Source of the DNA: Gammaproteobacteria bacterium
Lineage (GTDB): Bacteria > Pseudomonadota > Gammaproteobacteria > Eutrophobiales > Eutrophobiaceae
NCBI GenBank assembly: GCA_965222155.1
Contig: CBDCTH010000012.1
Span: 1,600,001 to 1,664,000 of the forward strand
DNA length: 64,000 nucleotides
Direction of reading: 5' to 3'
Shown one piece after another: positions 1-11,481 of this stretch. A program made the translations under genes and the position numbers. The notes beneath the pieces were generated by a model that was not told where the DNA came from, ran no database searches, and saw only the letters and a program-made list of their open reading frames with translations. Within the stretch, counting starts at the first letter, position 1; every line of letters begins with the position of its first letter.

Positions 1-142
1 CCTTGTATAGGGTAGGTTATCGCTCTCTCACGCCGGATTAGGACAATATCAGGCAGATTAACATGGCCAGGGCAATAAGACAGGCAGGGGTGACCCGCCC
101 CCATCTGCCGGGGGTGACTGAGAACAGGGGGGGTTAGCAGGA

Positions 143-1473
143 CTACGCTACGCCAGCCAGCGGCGGCGCCCGCGCCGGCGGCGCCAAGGCCGCCAGCAGG
201 GTCTTCACCAAGCCGGCCTGTTCCGGTCGGAACTTCAAATACACCCGGCGGGCATGACACACGACTTTAGCAGCCATCGCATACACACGCCAGCGGAGGG
301 TCGGCGCCCGGCAGGTATGCCACTGTGGCGGCAGCGAGTGACGCAACAGCACAAACAGGTTATACGCCGTCACACACAGGTGAAAGTACAGGGCATTGGC
401 GTCAAACTGACCGCACGGCAAGCGCTCACCTCCGACGTCGCATTTCAACTCCTTGATGCGATTCTCCGAGTCCTCGCCGCGCGGGGTATACCCGTGCACT
501 CTCTCACTGTCAGTCAATGCATCCCGATGGGTGGCCAGCGCCCGGTAGCTATACCCCCCGTCCGTCACGGCGGTGTCATCGTCAACGTCTTCCTCACCCC
601 AATCCAGACACTGCTGCCCCGCTTTGCGCGTGCGCTGCACCACCACTGTGAAGGCCTTGTCATACCCCGTGATGACATGCACGCCCCGACACGTGGCCTG
701 ACCGTCTACCGCCTCCCCGTCCCGCACCCACGGCTGCCAGACCGACTCTGGACGCTCCAGTATCCACGCCTTCAACTCAGCACTACGCTTCGCCCGTAAA
801 TACTTCACTATCACCCCCTCAGGCAGCCCCGCCTCACAGGACGTGATAAAACCCATATTATCCGTCGCCGGCGCCACGTTCCCGTCCCGAAAGTCACAGC
901 CCACCGCCTGACCCGTCTCCGCAAGATGCCCCAGCATCGGCATATAACCCTGACGCTTCAAGTACGTCCATTGCGCCGCCCGCTTCTCAGCAAACACCGG
1001 CGTCGCATCAATGTCCAAAGTCACCCAAAGGGGACAGATTTAAAATATGTCCCCGGTCGGGCGTTGCATCAATGTCCAAGGTCACCTGACGACACCCGCC
1101 GGTTCACCTCCACTAACGCCTTGATACCGACCTCGTCCTTGCCCAGGCGCCGCAACCCGTCCCCCAGCATGTCCGCACTCGGCAGCCGTCGCAACCCTAA
1201 CAACTTCCTCAATGCCTTATCCTGCCGGATAGGCCGCACATCCTCCAGACAACGCGCCCCGTCGTGCAACATCAGCATCCATAACGACACTACGTCCGAG
1301 GGCCGGTAACCCCGATTGCTGCCCGGCGCCGGAAAGTGTGCCGCTACCAGTGACGAAAACCCTATCCGCCGCAGTAACTCGGCCACACACACCAAGCCGC
1401 CGCGCCCGGTCAATAAATCATTGGTATTTGTGATTTTGTACAGTATGATTTGCATAAGCCTTGTCTGTTGCAC
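143..1473 (-). pseudogene. IS1380-family DDE transposase, split into two ORFs (1069-1473 and 143-1024)
   Basis: N-terminal LTGRGGL...G..CLEDV..IRQD, VTLDIDAT (first catalytic Asp), GYMPMLG, RGEDSENRIKELK, F.ANALYF...AYNL and TLRWR motifs typical of IS1380 transposases. Broken at 1026-1060, and the segment carrying the second Asp (RADxA) appears deleted (YLRA|KRSAEL). Confidence 0.88.
1030..1054. repeat. GGGGAC-type palindrome (GGGGACAGATTTAAAATATGTCCCC)
   Basis: Imperfect copy of the palindrome at 11288, 17264 and 60865; lies inside the transposase break. Confidence 0.8.
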
Positions 1474-1531
1474 CCATCGGGTGATAGTCGTTAATCACAC
1501 AACCTATTATACAGACAAGGCTTTTTTGATT

Positions 1532-1551
1532 CCTGCACTTTCTAATGCGGG
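1532..1551 (-). mobile_element. Probable left end of the IS1380 element (CCCGCATTAGAAAG on the minus strand)
   Basis: Lies about 80 bp upstream of the transposase. Its first 8 nt (CCCGCATT) equal the TIR start of the MITE at 12629. A matching right end was not found. Confidence 0.45.
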
Positions 1552-1572
1552 ATTAGGGGATACCGGAAGAGT

Positions 1573-1782
1573 TTAAGATGACCCAGTCAGCCTCCGACCA
1601 TGGGATTTAAACCAGGATAAGATATCGGCATACAACTGTAGTATTACCGGTTGGACAGGAGGCATTTCGACCTTGGCATGACGAAAGAACTCATCATCAA
1701 GTTCAGGAATGTCGCTGGTGTCAATGGTCTCATCTTCCATTTCAGCCAGTCGTTTCCAATCAGTTTTTGATACTTTTCTCAT
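1573..1782 (-). CDS. BrnA-family antitoxin, C-terminus possibly truncated
   Basis: TDWKRL...IDTSDIPELD..FF..A...V.LQL.ADIL.WFKS.G pattern; overlaps the upstream BrnT gene. The usual GYQTRIN tail is missing. Confidence 0.8.
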   Translation of the reverse strand: MRKVSKTDWKRLAEMEDETIDTSDIPELDDEFFRHAKVEMPPVQPVILQLYADILSWFKSHGRRLTGSS

Positions 1783-2038
1783 AGCGGTTTATTTCATAAC
1801 GGGTTGCTTTTCGAGCAGAGATAATTCGTATCATGTCACAGCGACGCTCAGTATAGACTACCACACACACCAGGCCGAGCATTCGGCCAATTGCTACCCA
1901 ACGCTCCTCACTGTAATCTCCACGACTATCCGGTGACGCCAATACCGGATAATTAAACATATTTTCCACATCGGCAAAGTCGATTCCATGTTTGCGAATA
2001 TTGCTCTCGTTCTTTGCCTGATTCCATTCAAAACGCAT
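1760..2038 (-). CDS. BrnT-family toxin
   Basis: MRFEWN.AKNESNIRKHGIDF...EERWVAIG...VVYTER...IRIISARKAT signature. Confidence 0.93.
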   Translation of the reverse strand: MRFEWNQAKNESNIRKHGIDFADVENMFNYPVLASPDSRGDYSEERWVAIGRMLGLVCVVVYTERRCDMIRIISARKATRYEINRYEKSIKN

Positions 2039-2112
2039 ACTTCGTCCTTTAATGACACTTACATGGATATTCTAACCGCGTATCCTCATCAGGTCACGTT
2101 CTTTGTCCTGGT

Positions 2113-4722
2113 TCAATTCATATAGCGGTACCTAGCGCCCCATGCACAGACTAACGGACGGGGACGAAATTCAATTCCATCCCCTTGTACAGTCTCTGAC
2201 GACATCGTCGCTTGTTTCACCAAAGGGTGAAGCGGCATGGTAAACGCGGCCTTGGGATACTGTATTGCACAGTCAACTTCGAAAGTAATAGACAGATGTG
2301 GGTCCCCACCCTTCAGCCAATTTTCCCATTCCCGATAGGTGGTCGTATTCTGTCTAGGGAGTTGCTGAAAATCATGCAACAGGATATTGCGCGCCTCCTG
2401 TGAAAGACGAAGTGTTTTCAGGGGTTTCTCGCCCAGAATAAACTCCTGCTCTTTCCCGCACTTCTGCTTTAGATAAAGTGTGACGAGCCTGTGTATGGAT
2501 GCCGGCGCCAGCCAAAAGCTAGAGGCGTCTTCGACCTCCTGTTTCATCTGATCTTCGGGGAGACGGATGCCGAAAAGCTCCATCTGCCTCAGCTCCAATT
2601 CTTCCTGTTCCTGTATCAGCCGAATCTTGTTGTCCGCCAACTGCTGTAATTTACCTCTTCGGTCGTCTTCGCTCAGGGTATAGTTTTCCGCTATACTTCT
2701 GATCTCCCTGGTGATCTCTCCGAGTATTTCCTCGCTGCCACCAAGGGCGCTCTCGAATACGCCTATGCGCATAAGGCAGCGATCATAAATGTCAGCATCA
2801 ACGGTCCCCGGCGTGATCAGGTTGACGATAGCGATGCTCTCGCTTATTTGCCCCTTGCGATCGATACGGCCGATTCGCTGCTCAACACGCATCGGGTTCC
2901 AGGGTAGATCGTAGTTCACGATGCAGTCACAGAACTGGTAGTCCAGCCCTTCGCAACCGATTTCCGAGAATAACAGGATGTCCAGAGTGTCCTTGTCTTC
3001 GCGTGGTTTCTCGAAACATCCCCGGAGTTCTATGCGTTCTTCATCTGGAGTACCTCCATGTATCAAGCCAACCCGTATACCGTCCGCCTTGAGATGTTTA
3101 TAAAGGTAGTGAAGAGTATGGCGAAAGCTGCTGAACAGTATCACCTTGTTATTAGGTAGGTTTTGCTTATCTTGAATGATATTGCGAAGACGCTCAAGTT
3201 TCGGATCATTGGGATCGAGGGAGCGCGCTTTTTCAAGTATGCTTTGGATCTGCAACCGGATTTGATTGACGGCGTCGCTCCGTAGATCTGGTCTCGCATT
3301 ATCGATTTCCACCCATTCCAAATCGTCGATATGGCGGTTCAGGATGTCCTCAAGGAAAGGGGCCAGCCCGTACAGGCAGCTCGCTGCCTGACGCCTGATC
3401 GTGGTCATCATGAACTTGACGTTAATATCCCCATGAAGCCGACTGAATATCTCTGCCTGGACACTGAGCAGACCGTCGTGAAGTCGTTTCTGTCCAGAAG
3501 TAAACTCAACGGCTGCGGTCTCCGACTTTCTGATGGTGAATGCCCCGATATCACGACGTCGCGTTCTGCTGATGATCCCCGAAAACGTATGCAACGCTTC
3601 AATGTCCGTGATGAGTTGGACTCTTTCATCGGCAGCAACGCAGCCCTCGGCAATATGATGTCTGATCCGATTGAACTCTGGGTTACGGCTGAAAATCGCC
3701 TGCCCCCAAGGCGTTGATGCTGCCTCATCAAGAACATCCGTCGTCCTAACCGTCCAGTCCGGCCCTTGGGCGCGTACGTGGTTCACGGCTTGGTTGATAT
3801 ATGGGTTTGGTTCCGTCATGTGTTGAAAACTCTTTTCATCCTGGATGAGGTCGGGACGAAGCGTATTCAACAATACGAACAGGTCATCGCTGCCAAGCTG
3901 AACAGGGGTAGCGGTCAGAAAGACCGCCGCTTCAGCATGATCGCAGAAATACCTGACTGCCTGATGAGAGTAGGTGTTTGTATTACGGATATGATGGGCT
4001 TCGTCTACGATCACGAGATCGAAACGTGGAGGCGGGTCCAAATCCAAAAGACCTTTTACACGTTTTCGCTTGCCTGTGTTCTCCGGTCCGTATAGAAGTG
4101 CCTCATCGAATAATGAATAGGGAAGAATCACTTTCTGGTATTGGTCAGGCCAAGTTCCGTCCAGGTCCATTTCCTTGATACAGTATCTCAGGGTTCTCCC
4201 GTCCAGGTGGGTGAACCTTTCGTCGAACCGCTTCATTTCGCCCTGCCACTTGCGCTCGGTCACCAATGGGCGGGGACAGATAATGAGGACGGACTTGATA
4301 TCCCGCCGGGACTGTAATTCCCGGAGGATGAGTCCAGCCTCGATAGTCTTGCCGACGCCAACGCCGTCCGCGATCAGTAGTCTCGGTCGGTCTGATCGAA
4401 TGAAGCGTAGAACGGGCCGAAACTGGTAGGGGATAAAGTCGACGCGAGCCGCGTTGAGTGAGTACAACGTAGATAAGCTCGGATGCCGTATCTGAAGCGC
4501 AGTGAGATACGCATGGAACTGATCGCATGATAGGAGTGGATAATCGTTATCGGCCTGGTCCTCGATCTTCAACTGAGAAGCGTAATACGTCTGAACGTTT
4601 CCACTCACGAAAACCCTGATCTGGCTTTCGGGGTGGCCCGGTAACATGCCAACAACCGCTCCTTTCACGGACGGGTCTGACTTCAAAACAACGATTTAGC
4701 CCGGTGAAAACTCTGTATTCAT
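2113..4722 (-). pseudogene. SNF2/RapA-like helicase, probably damaged at both ends
   Basis: Motifs LIADGVGVGKTIEA, DEAHH, LTATP, EGLDYQ and DLPWNPMRVEQRIGRIDR. A natural-looking ATG at 4722 is followed by an in-frame TAA (4696-4698; MNTEFSPG*IVVLKSDP); a TTG start at 4686 gives 857 aa. The C-terminus runs into a palindromic repeat at 2160-2184. Confidence 0.8.
2160..2184. repeat. GGGGAC-type palindrome variant (GGGGACGAAATTCAATTCCATCCCC)
   Basis: Imperfect inverted repeat with GGGGA...TCCCC arms, similar to 27675-27699. Confidence 0.65.
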
Positions 4723-4908
4723 CTTTACTGTCTGTAGTACTTCATTGTTTTTGTTGAGTGTTTTTTCTACGTTTCATTGCCATCATTCGTAGCGAACAGC
4801 TGCAGATGGCTTCGCGTTCAACACTTAACTCATCGGAATTATGACTGGATTGGCAATTTCTTGATAATCCAAAGCCCGGAACACTCCGATTGTTCCCGAC
4901 AGCGCCTG

Positions 4909-6201
<1,293 letters not shown>

Positions 6202-7383
6202 TTATATTTTCTTGACCTTCCATTGCCCGCGTTCAAGCTTTATTTCCCGATCACAGCCAATTTCCTTTGCCCCCCCCGACTGGCCGGGCAGGTCACAAAT
6301 GACGATTTCACCCTGTTGCCTTAATTTTTCAATCAATTCATACAAACCGGGGACTTCGGAGTTCGGGGCATAAATCCTTTTTTTCGGCTTATATGTATGA
6401 GGGGTCAACTGAAACAGCTTGTTTACATCGGTGCTGAAGCCGGTTGCCGGCCGCGGTTGACCGAAGGACTGTCCGATTTCATCGTAGCGACCGCCGAAGG
6501 CTACCCCCTCGCTTTCTCCCGGTATGTATGCGACGAATGTCATGCCCGTATGATAGTGGTAACCCTGAAATTCAGTGACGTCAAAATATAGCGGCGCGTT
6601 CCTTACCTGGCGGCCGGCCAGTTCCGCAATTTTTTTCAAATCATCCACATAGCTACATAACCTGTCATCACAGGATCCCAGGATAGCCCTGAACTTGTCC
6701 AATATTGCTGCGTCACCCTCCATATCCATGAGCTTGAGCAACGCCATGCTATGATCAGAAACAATTGACCACTGCGCCAGTATTTTTGCCAGTTCATCAA
6801 TTGCTTTTCTTTGCACGCAACTGAAAACCCGGTTTTTCTGCTCAGGGGAGAGCTTCAGCGGTTCAATTAAACCCTGCAGGATACCTACATGACCTATGTC
6901 TACGTGGATATCTTTCAACCCCGCCAGTTGCAACGTTTTCAACATAAGTGCAAGGATTTCCGCGTCACTTTCACATCCCGTGTGACCATAAAGCTCAGCG
7001 CCTGTCTGCAAGGGTGCGCGCGTGCCCCCTGGCTCACCCGGCAATGTGTGCAGTACCGTGCCGATGTAGCAGAGCCGGTTCGGCCTGTTACGTTTGAGAT
7101 TATGCGCGTCAATACGCGCCACCTGCGGTGTGGTATCTGCTCGTATACCCATCAATTTGCCATTCAATTGATCGGTAATCTTGAAGGTCTGAAGCTCCAG
7201 GTCCTGGTCGGTGCCCGTCAATAATGTATCCAGGTATTCAATTAACGGGGGCATCACCAACTCATATCCCCAGGTGGAAAATTGATCCATTATCCGGCGA
7301 CACAGACTGTCGAGTTGCCCGGCCTGAGGAGGCAGCGTCTCTTCAATCCCTTCAGGCAACAGCCATTTGTTCCTGATTACCAT
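6202..7383 (-). CDS. hisZ: ATP phosphoribosyltransferase regulatory subunit
   Basis: WLLPEGIEE, RADTTPQVARIDAH, YHYHTG and GGRYD motifs; sits in the usual position upstream of purA. Likely start is MVIRNK at 7383. Confidence 0.96.
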   Translation of the reverse strand: MVIRNKWLLPEGIEETLPPQAGQLDSLCRRIMDQFSTWGYELVMPPLIEYLDTLLTGTDQDLELQTFKITDQLNGKLMGIRADTTPQVARIDAHNLKRNRPNRLCYIGTVLHTLPGEPGGTRAPLQTGAELYGHTGCESDAEILALMLKTLQLAGLKDIHVDIGHVGILQGLIEPLKLSPEQKNRVFSCVQRKAIDELAKILAQWSIVSDHSMALLKLMDMEGDAAILDKFRAILGSCDDRLCSYVDDLKKIAELAGRQVRNAPLYFDVTEFQGYHYHTGMTFVAYIPGESEGVAFGGRYDEIGQSFGQPRPATGFSTDVNKLFQLTPHTYKPKKRIYAPNSEVPGLYELIEKLRQQGEIVICDLPGQSGGAKEIGCDREIKLERGQWKVKKI

Positions 7384-7384
7384 A

Positions 7385-7570
7385 TTAGCGCACGATATAT
7401 AATAGAAGTACACCGAACAACATACTGCTCACACCGATAAACCGCAGGCTGCTATTGTCCATCTGTGATGCAGCGAGAAACACTCGTTTTATCCACTCAG
7501 GGTTCACGAAGGGTAAAATTCCTTCCAGGATGAAAACCAGCGCGAGGGCGCTCAGTAGTTCTGTCCACAT
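7385..7570 (-). CDS. yjeT: DUF2065 (YjeT-like) small membrane protein
   Basis: ALALVFILEGILPF.NP..W...LRFIG motif; conserved position after hflC. Confidence 0.92.
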   Translation of the reverse strand: MWTELLSALALVFILEGILPFVNPEWIKRVFLAASQMDNSSLRFIGVSSMLFGVLLLYIVR

Positions 7571-7703
7571 AGATTCAATGACAGGTTACGAGATTTAAAA
7601 CCAGACGAAAACAGGACGTTACCAGTATCGCTCCTGTCTATACGAGTCGTCCTGTCGTAAAAAAAACCGGATTCTCCAGGGCGATAATAGCAATCCCGGC
7701 GCT

Positions 7704-8564
7704 TTATTCACCGAGGGAATTACTGAAGTATTTAAAAAAGTCGGAGTCCGGTTGAAGTAACAGTATATCGCTGCTGCCAAAACTGCTCCGGTAAGCGCTC
7801 AAGCTACGATAAAGCGTATAAAATTCCTGATTTTTACCGAATGCCCCGGCATAAATTTCAGTCGCCCGGGCATCACCCTCACCCCGGACTGTTTCCGCAT
7901 CGCGATAGGCATTGGCCAGGATAATCTCCCGTTCACGATCCGCATTCGCCCTGATCCGCTCTGCCGCCTCTCCGCCGCGCGCTCGAAAATCTTTCGCTAC
8001 CCGGGTCCTCTCGGCCCGCATCCTGGCATAGACCGAATTGCTGACTTCCTCCGGCAGGTCAATTCGCTTGGTCCTGACGTCAACCACGGTAATCCCCAAT
8101 TCATCGCGTAACTGATCCGTCGTTGCCTCAACGACGTCCAGTATTTCACCGCGCTCACCGGCAACCACTTCCTGGACCGTGCGTTTACCGAATTCATCAC
8201 GCAGGGCGCGGTTGATTCTTTGCCCGAGCAGTCCGGTTGCATATTGGACGTCGCCCCCGCGTGTTGCCACGTAGAACTTTTCAACGTCCGAGATAACCCA
8301 TTTTGCGTAATAGTCAACAATCACGTCCTTTTTTTCCAAAGTTAAAAACCGCTGTGGTTCCTGATCCAGGTTCAGCAACCGCGTTTCAAATTTCTGTGCG
8401 GTATTGACGACGGGAATCATGAAATGCAGGCCGGGCTCATAATCGGACCGCTGGATCTCCTTAAACTGGAAAACTATCGCCTGTTCGTATTCCTGCACCC
8501 TGAAAAGCGAAAAATAAGCACCGACTGATGCAATGATGAATAGAAATAAAATTCGCAACAACAT
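7704..8564 (-). CDS. hflC: FtsH protease modulator HflC
   Basis: SPFH domain, FLTLEKK, RMRAER and FY..YRSL.AY motifs. Confidence 0.97.
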   Translation of the reverse strand: MLLRILFLFIIASVGAYFSLFRVQEYEQAIVFQFKEIQRSDYEPGLHFMIPVVNTAQKFETRLLNLDQEPQRFLTLEKKDVIVDYYAKWVISDVEKFYVATRGGDVQYATGLLGQRINRALRDEFGKRTVQEVVAGERGEILDVVEATTDQLRDELGITVVDVRTKRIDLPEEVSNSVYARMRAERTRVAKDFRARGGEAAERIRANADREREIILANAYRDAETVRGEGDARATEIYAGAFGKNQEFYTLYRSLSAYRSSFGSSDILLLQPDSDFFKYFSNSLGE

Positions 8565-8566
8565 GA

Positions 8567-9709
8567 TTATCTTTCTCCTCTTATTCTGCTATCCATACGC
8601 TCCGTCAAGTTGCTTCCGGGCTGGGAAGCGGAGGCGTCAGGATCCAGGGCCCGGGACAAGTTCTGTGAAGACGAGTTCCGGGGTTGTATCAACTTGTCCA
8701 GTGGCAGGTACATCAGGCTGTTGCCACCCTCTACGTCAAGCAATACCTTATTTGTACTGGACAGGACTGACTCCATCGATTCCAGGTACAGGCGTTTACG
8801 GGTAATTTCCGGCGCCAGTTCATACTCCGTCAGTAACTGATCAAACCGCGCCGCGTCACCTTCTGATTTTGCGATGACTGAAGCCTTATAGCCATTGGCC
8901 TCTTCCCTGACCCGCGCGGCGCCGCCGCGAGCCCGGGGCAGGATATCATTCCGATAGGCCTCTGCCTCATTGACCAGGCGTTGTTCGTCTTCTCTTGCCT
9001 TGATGGCGTCATCAAACGCGGCCTTGACGTCCTCGGGGGGTTTTGCCGGTTGCATTTCTACGGTAACAATAAGTATCCCCGACTTGTAATCATCAGCCAG
9101 TATCTCCTGCATAAGCTGTTGCTGCTCTTGCGCAATCTCACTCCGCCCCTCAGTGAGGACGTAATCCAGCTCACTCTGTCCTATCACCGCGCGCACGGCG
9201 CTTTCCGTTACCTGCCTCAGCGTCAATGCCGGGTCTTTCACGTTAAAAATAAAATCCGCCGGCTCGTTAATTCGCCACTGCACGGCAACCTCAACGTCGA
9301 CAATGTTTTCATCCTGGGTCAACATCGATGCTTTATGGGTGATGGAACGCACCTGGCCGACGTTAACGGTTACGACCTTGTCGATAAGACTTGGAAAGAC
9401 AAAATTCAAGCCCGGCTGCAAGGTCTTCTCATAGCGCCCAAAGCGCATGACGACGCCGCGCTCCTGCTGGTCAACCAGGTAGGTGATGTCTACCAGCAAC
9501 AACAGGACCAGGACTACGACTACAATCAGCCAGGAAAAAGGAAACCCTTTCCTGTCATTTTTGGGGCCGGACGGTTTCTTGCCGAATATCCCGCCAAAGC
9601 CCTCCCGCATCTTGCGGATAATGTCATCCAGATCAGGCGGACCTTCTCCCCTGCCCCGGTTGCCCCAGGGGTCCTGCCCTTTATTTTCCGGTGGTTCATT
9701 CCAACCCAT
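8567..9709 (-). CDS. hflK: FtsH protease modulator HflK
   Basis: MGWNEP...DPWG...GPPDLD N-terminus, MLTQDENIV and AFDDAIKAREDE motifs. Confidence 0.98.
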   Translation of the reverse strand: MGWNEPPENKGQDPWGNRGRGEGPPDLDDIIRKMREGFGGIFGKKPSGPKNDRKGFPFSWLIVVVVLVLLLLVDITYLVDQQERGVVMRFGRYEKTLQPGLNFVFPSLIDKVVTVNVGQVRSITHKASMLTQDENIVDVEVAVQWRINEPADFIFNVKDPALTLRQVTESAVRAVIGQSELDYVLTEGRSEIAQEQQQLMQEILADDYKSGILIVTVEMQPAKPPEDVKAAFDDAIKAREDEQRLVNEAEAYRNDILPRARGGAARVREEANGYKASVIAKSEGDAARFDQLLTEYELAPEITRKRLYLESMESVLSSTNKVLLDVEGGNSLMYLPLDKLIQPRNSSSQNLSRALDPDASASQPGSNLTERMDSRIRGER

Positions 9710-9942
9710 TTGCTTTACCTCATATCGTCATTTTTGATTAAACAAATCAAGCCTGTTCATAGCGCAGATTTTTAATGCCCGGGGATTCTATCATAATCCG
9801 AACCCGTTACCTTAATCTTCTTATCGTATTGAGCAGGGTAAGATCATACTTTTTGTCATAAGGAAGAGGTTTTTTATTCCAAGGGGTTATACATAAGCGG
9901 GGAACTCCTGGATTTTGTGCGGTGTGGGCGGACAGCGCCTAG

Positions 9943-10278
9943 CCCGGATATCTCACCAATTGATGCGATGATCGCACAGGATTTTGGCTGCCAGTGGGCG
10001 CCGGAGCCTGCCCCGTACTTGATACGGGGACCGAAAGCATAGCCGTAGCTATGGTTGAGGAAGCATGTGCCCACTGGCAGCCAAAAGACAAGCGAGACAA
10101 ATCGGCAGGACAGCCGATTTGCACGGCGACAGCCGCCCACAGGGTTGCGTCCAAGGACGGACACAATGAACGCATCAAGCGCAGTGTGTGATGATGCCAT
10201 GACCCGAATTAACCAGGTAACTATTTGATAGCACACAAGTTTCAGTCTACCTCCAAGCGGATTGATGAGATATGCGGG
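9943..10278 (-). mobile_element. MITE family A (IS1380-like ends), copy 1
   Basis: TIRs CCCGGATATCTCACCAAT / ATTGATGAGATATGCGGG flanked by CTAG on both sides (9939-9942, 10279-10282). Hairpin-rich interior with no real ORF. Confidence 0.85.
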
Positions 10279-10282
10279 CTAG

Positions 10283-10441
10283 CGTTCGGCAGAACAGGCG
10301 GGGCGCTTACGGGCCAAGGGGTATCGCAGTCACATCCAGCGTAAGGGGACGCGCAACCGGCCGTTGACGGCCCGGGAGAAACAAGGCAAGCGCACCCGGG
10401 CGAAGGTGCGCGCTCGGGTTGAACATGTGTTTGGCGCGCAG
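10283..10441 (+). pseudogene. IS5-family transposase fragment
   Basis: Translates RSAEQAGRLRAKGYRSHIQRKGTRNRPLT...KVRARVEHVFGAQ (IS5 C-terminal R.RVEHVFG motif); begins right at the MITE TSD. Confidence 0.85.
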
Positions 10442-10508
10442 TGCAGGTTACGGGCGAAGGCGCTACGACTGGTAGCACGTTACCAGCGGCATTTTGACCT
10501 TCTACCCT

Positions 10509-10841
10509 TTATCGGGATACGCTCTTCTCCAGCGCTTGCATAATCCAACTATTCAGGCTCATGCCGCTTTCTACCGCCGAGTATGCAACGCGTTGATGCA
10601 GGTCCGGACCAAGCCGGACGTTGAGCTTGCCCGAGAAAGGCTTCCGGGGCTCGACGCCGTCCTCCTTACAGGAAGTGAGGTATTCGTCGACGGAACTGTG
10701 GAACTCGTTTTGAATCTCATCCACGTCGGTAGCTTCAAAGGTGGCAATCGGATAGGCACCGCTGTTTATGGTCCTACCGTGAAGACGGCCCACGGAATCG
10801 TCGAACTCCACCACGGCGACGTATCCCTTGTACTCTATCAT
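10509..10841 (-). CDS. hicB: HicB-family antitoxin
   Basis: MIEYKGY...F..SVDEYL..C...G.EPRKPFSGKLNVRL...SLNSWI. Confidence 0.93.
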   Translation of the reverse strand: MIEYKGYVAVVEFDDSVGRLHGRTINSGAYPIATFEATDVDEIQNEFHSSVDEYLTSCKEDGVEPRKPFSGKLNVRLGPDLHQRVAYSAVESGMSLNSWIMQALEKSVSR

Positions 10842-11092
10842 GGCTTTACTCCTATGGCATTGAGGAACGCGACGATGTCACGTATCGTCGCTCTCCCGGT
10901 CTCCGGTTCAGGATGCGTCCGGTGAACCACCATCCGCTCCGCTTCCTTCTTCAGAAGCACACGCGACCCAGAGCGCTGAGAGACCTCCACGTCCGTTGCC
11001 TTCAGCATGGCGATGATGTCCGCCCACCGGATGCCTGTCGGCGTCGGTGTTTTGAACATATTCTCCAAGCTGCGCTGGTGCTTCGCTCGCAT
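10838..11092 (-). CDS. hicA: HicA-family toxin
   Basis: KHQRSL..MF..P....IRWADI...GSRV...VHRTHP; 4-bp overlap with hicB. Confidence 0.9.
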   Translation of the reverse strand: MRAKHQRSLENMFKTPTPTGIRWADIIAMLKATDVEVSQRSGSRVLLKKEAERMVVHRTHPEPETGRATIRDIVAFLNAIGVKP

Positions 11093-11174
11093 GAAACCCG
11101 CATAGTATCAAGAACAGTACCATTCAACAAGCAGTTTGTTGACAACAGCAGTTTGTTGACAACTGTTGACAACA

Positions 11175-11354
11175 CAGCAGTTCCCGCTAACTCCGGGACC
11201 GAGGGCATCCTGCACTCGTGGAGGGCAAGACGCCCTCCCTCCCAGGGAAACATGCCCCGTTATGGTCAGAGTATGCCCGGGACTCCTGGGGGACAGATTT
11301 AAATCTGTCCCCCCCCTGTCTTCTGTATTCACCTCGAGTTAGCGGGAGCACCTG
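11175..11354 (+). mobile_element. MITE family B, copy 1
   Basis: Ends CAGCAGTTCCCGCTAACTC / GAGTTAGCGGGAGCACCTG. A 9-bp direct repeat TTGACAACA lies on both sides (11166-11174, 11355-11363). Contains GAGGGCATCCTGC../GAGGGCAAGACGCCCTC hairpins and the GGGGACAGATTTAAATCTGTCCCC palindrome. Confidence 0.85.
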
Positions 11355-11458
11355 TTGACAACACATCCCCGCTGCTCCCCTATGAATTTATGCAGTCGGC
11401 GCTGGCGTGTACGTGCCCCCACAACCGTAGAGACTCATCACGTCTTCCAATACATCGC

Positions 11459-11481
11459 GAGACGCAATTGTGCGTCTCTAC
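11459..11481 (-). repeat. GTAG-type REP-like hairpin (GTAGAGACGCACAATTGCGTCTC)
   Basis: GTAG tetranucleotide followed by a palindrome; overlaps the hflX stop codon. A degenerate partner GTAGAGAC is at about 11426. Confidence 0.6.

Noticed and set aside
4696-4704. MITE A end at TTAGCCCGG in the helicase 5' region
   Set aside because: The match stops after a few bases with no ATxTCTCACC; likely chance.
2113-4722. Complete DISARM or type III RM system
   Set aside because: Only the helicase is present; no methyltransferase, drmA/B/C or nuclease partners.
11125-11175. CRISPR-like short direct repeats (TTGACAAC)
   Set aside because: No unique spacers of regular length and no cas genes; better explained as MITE target scars.
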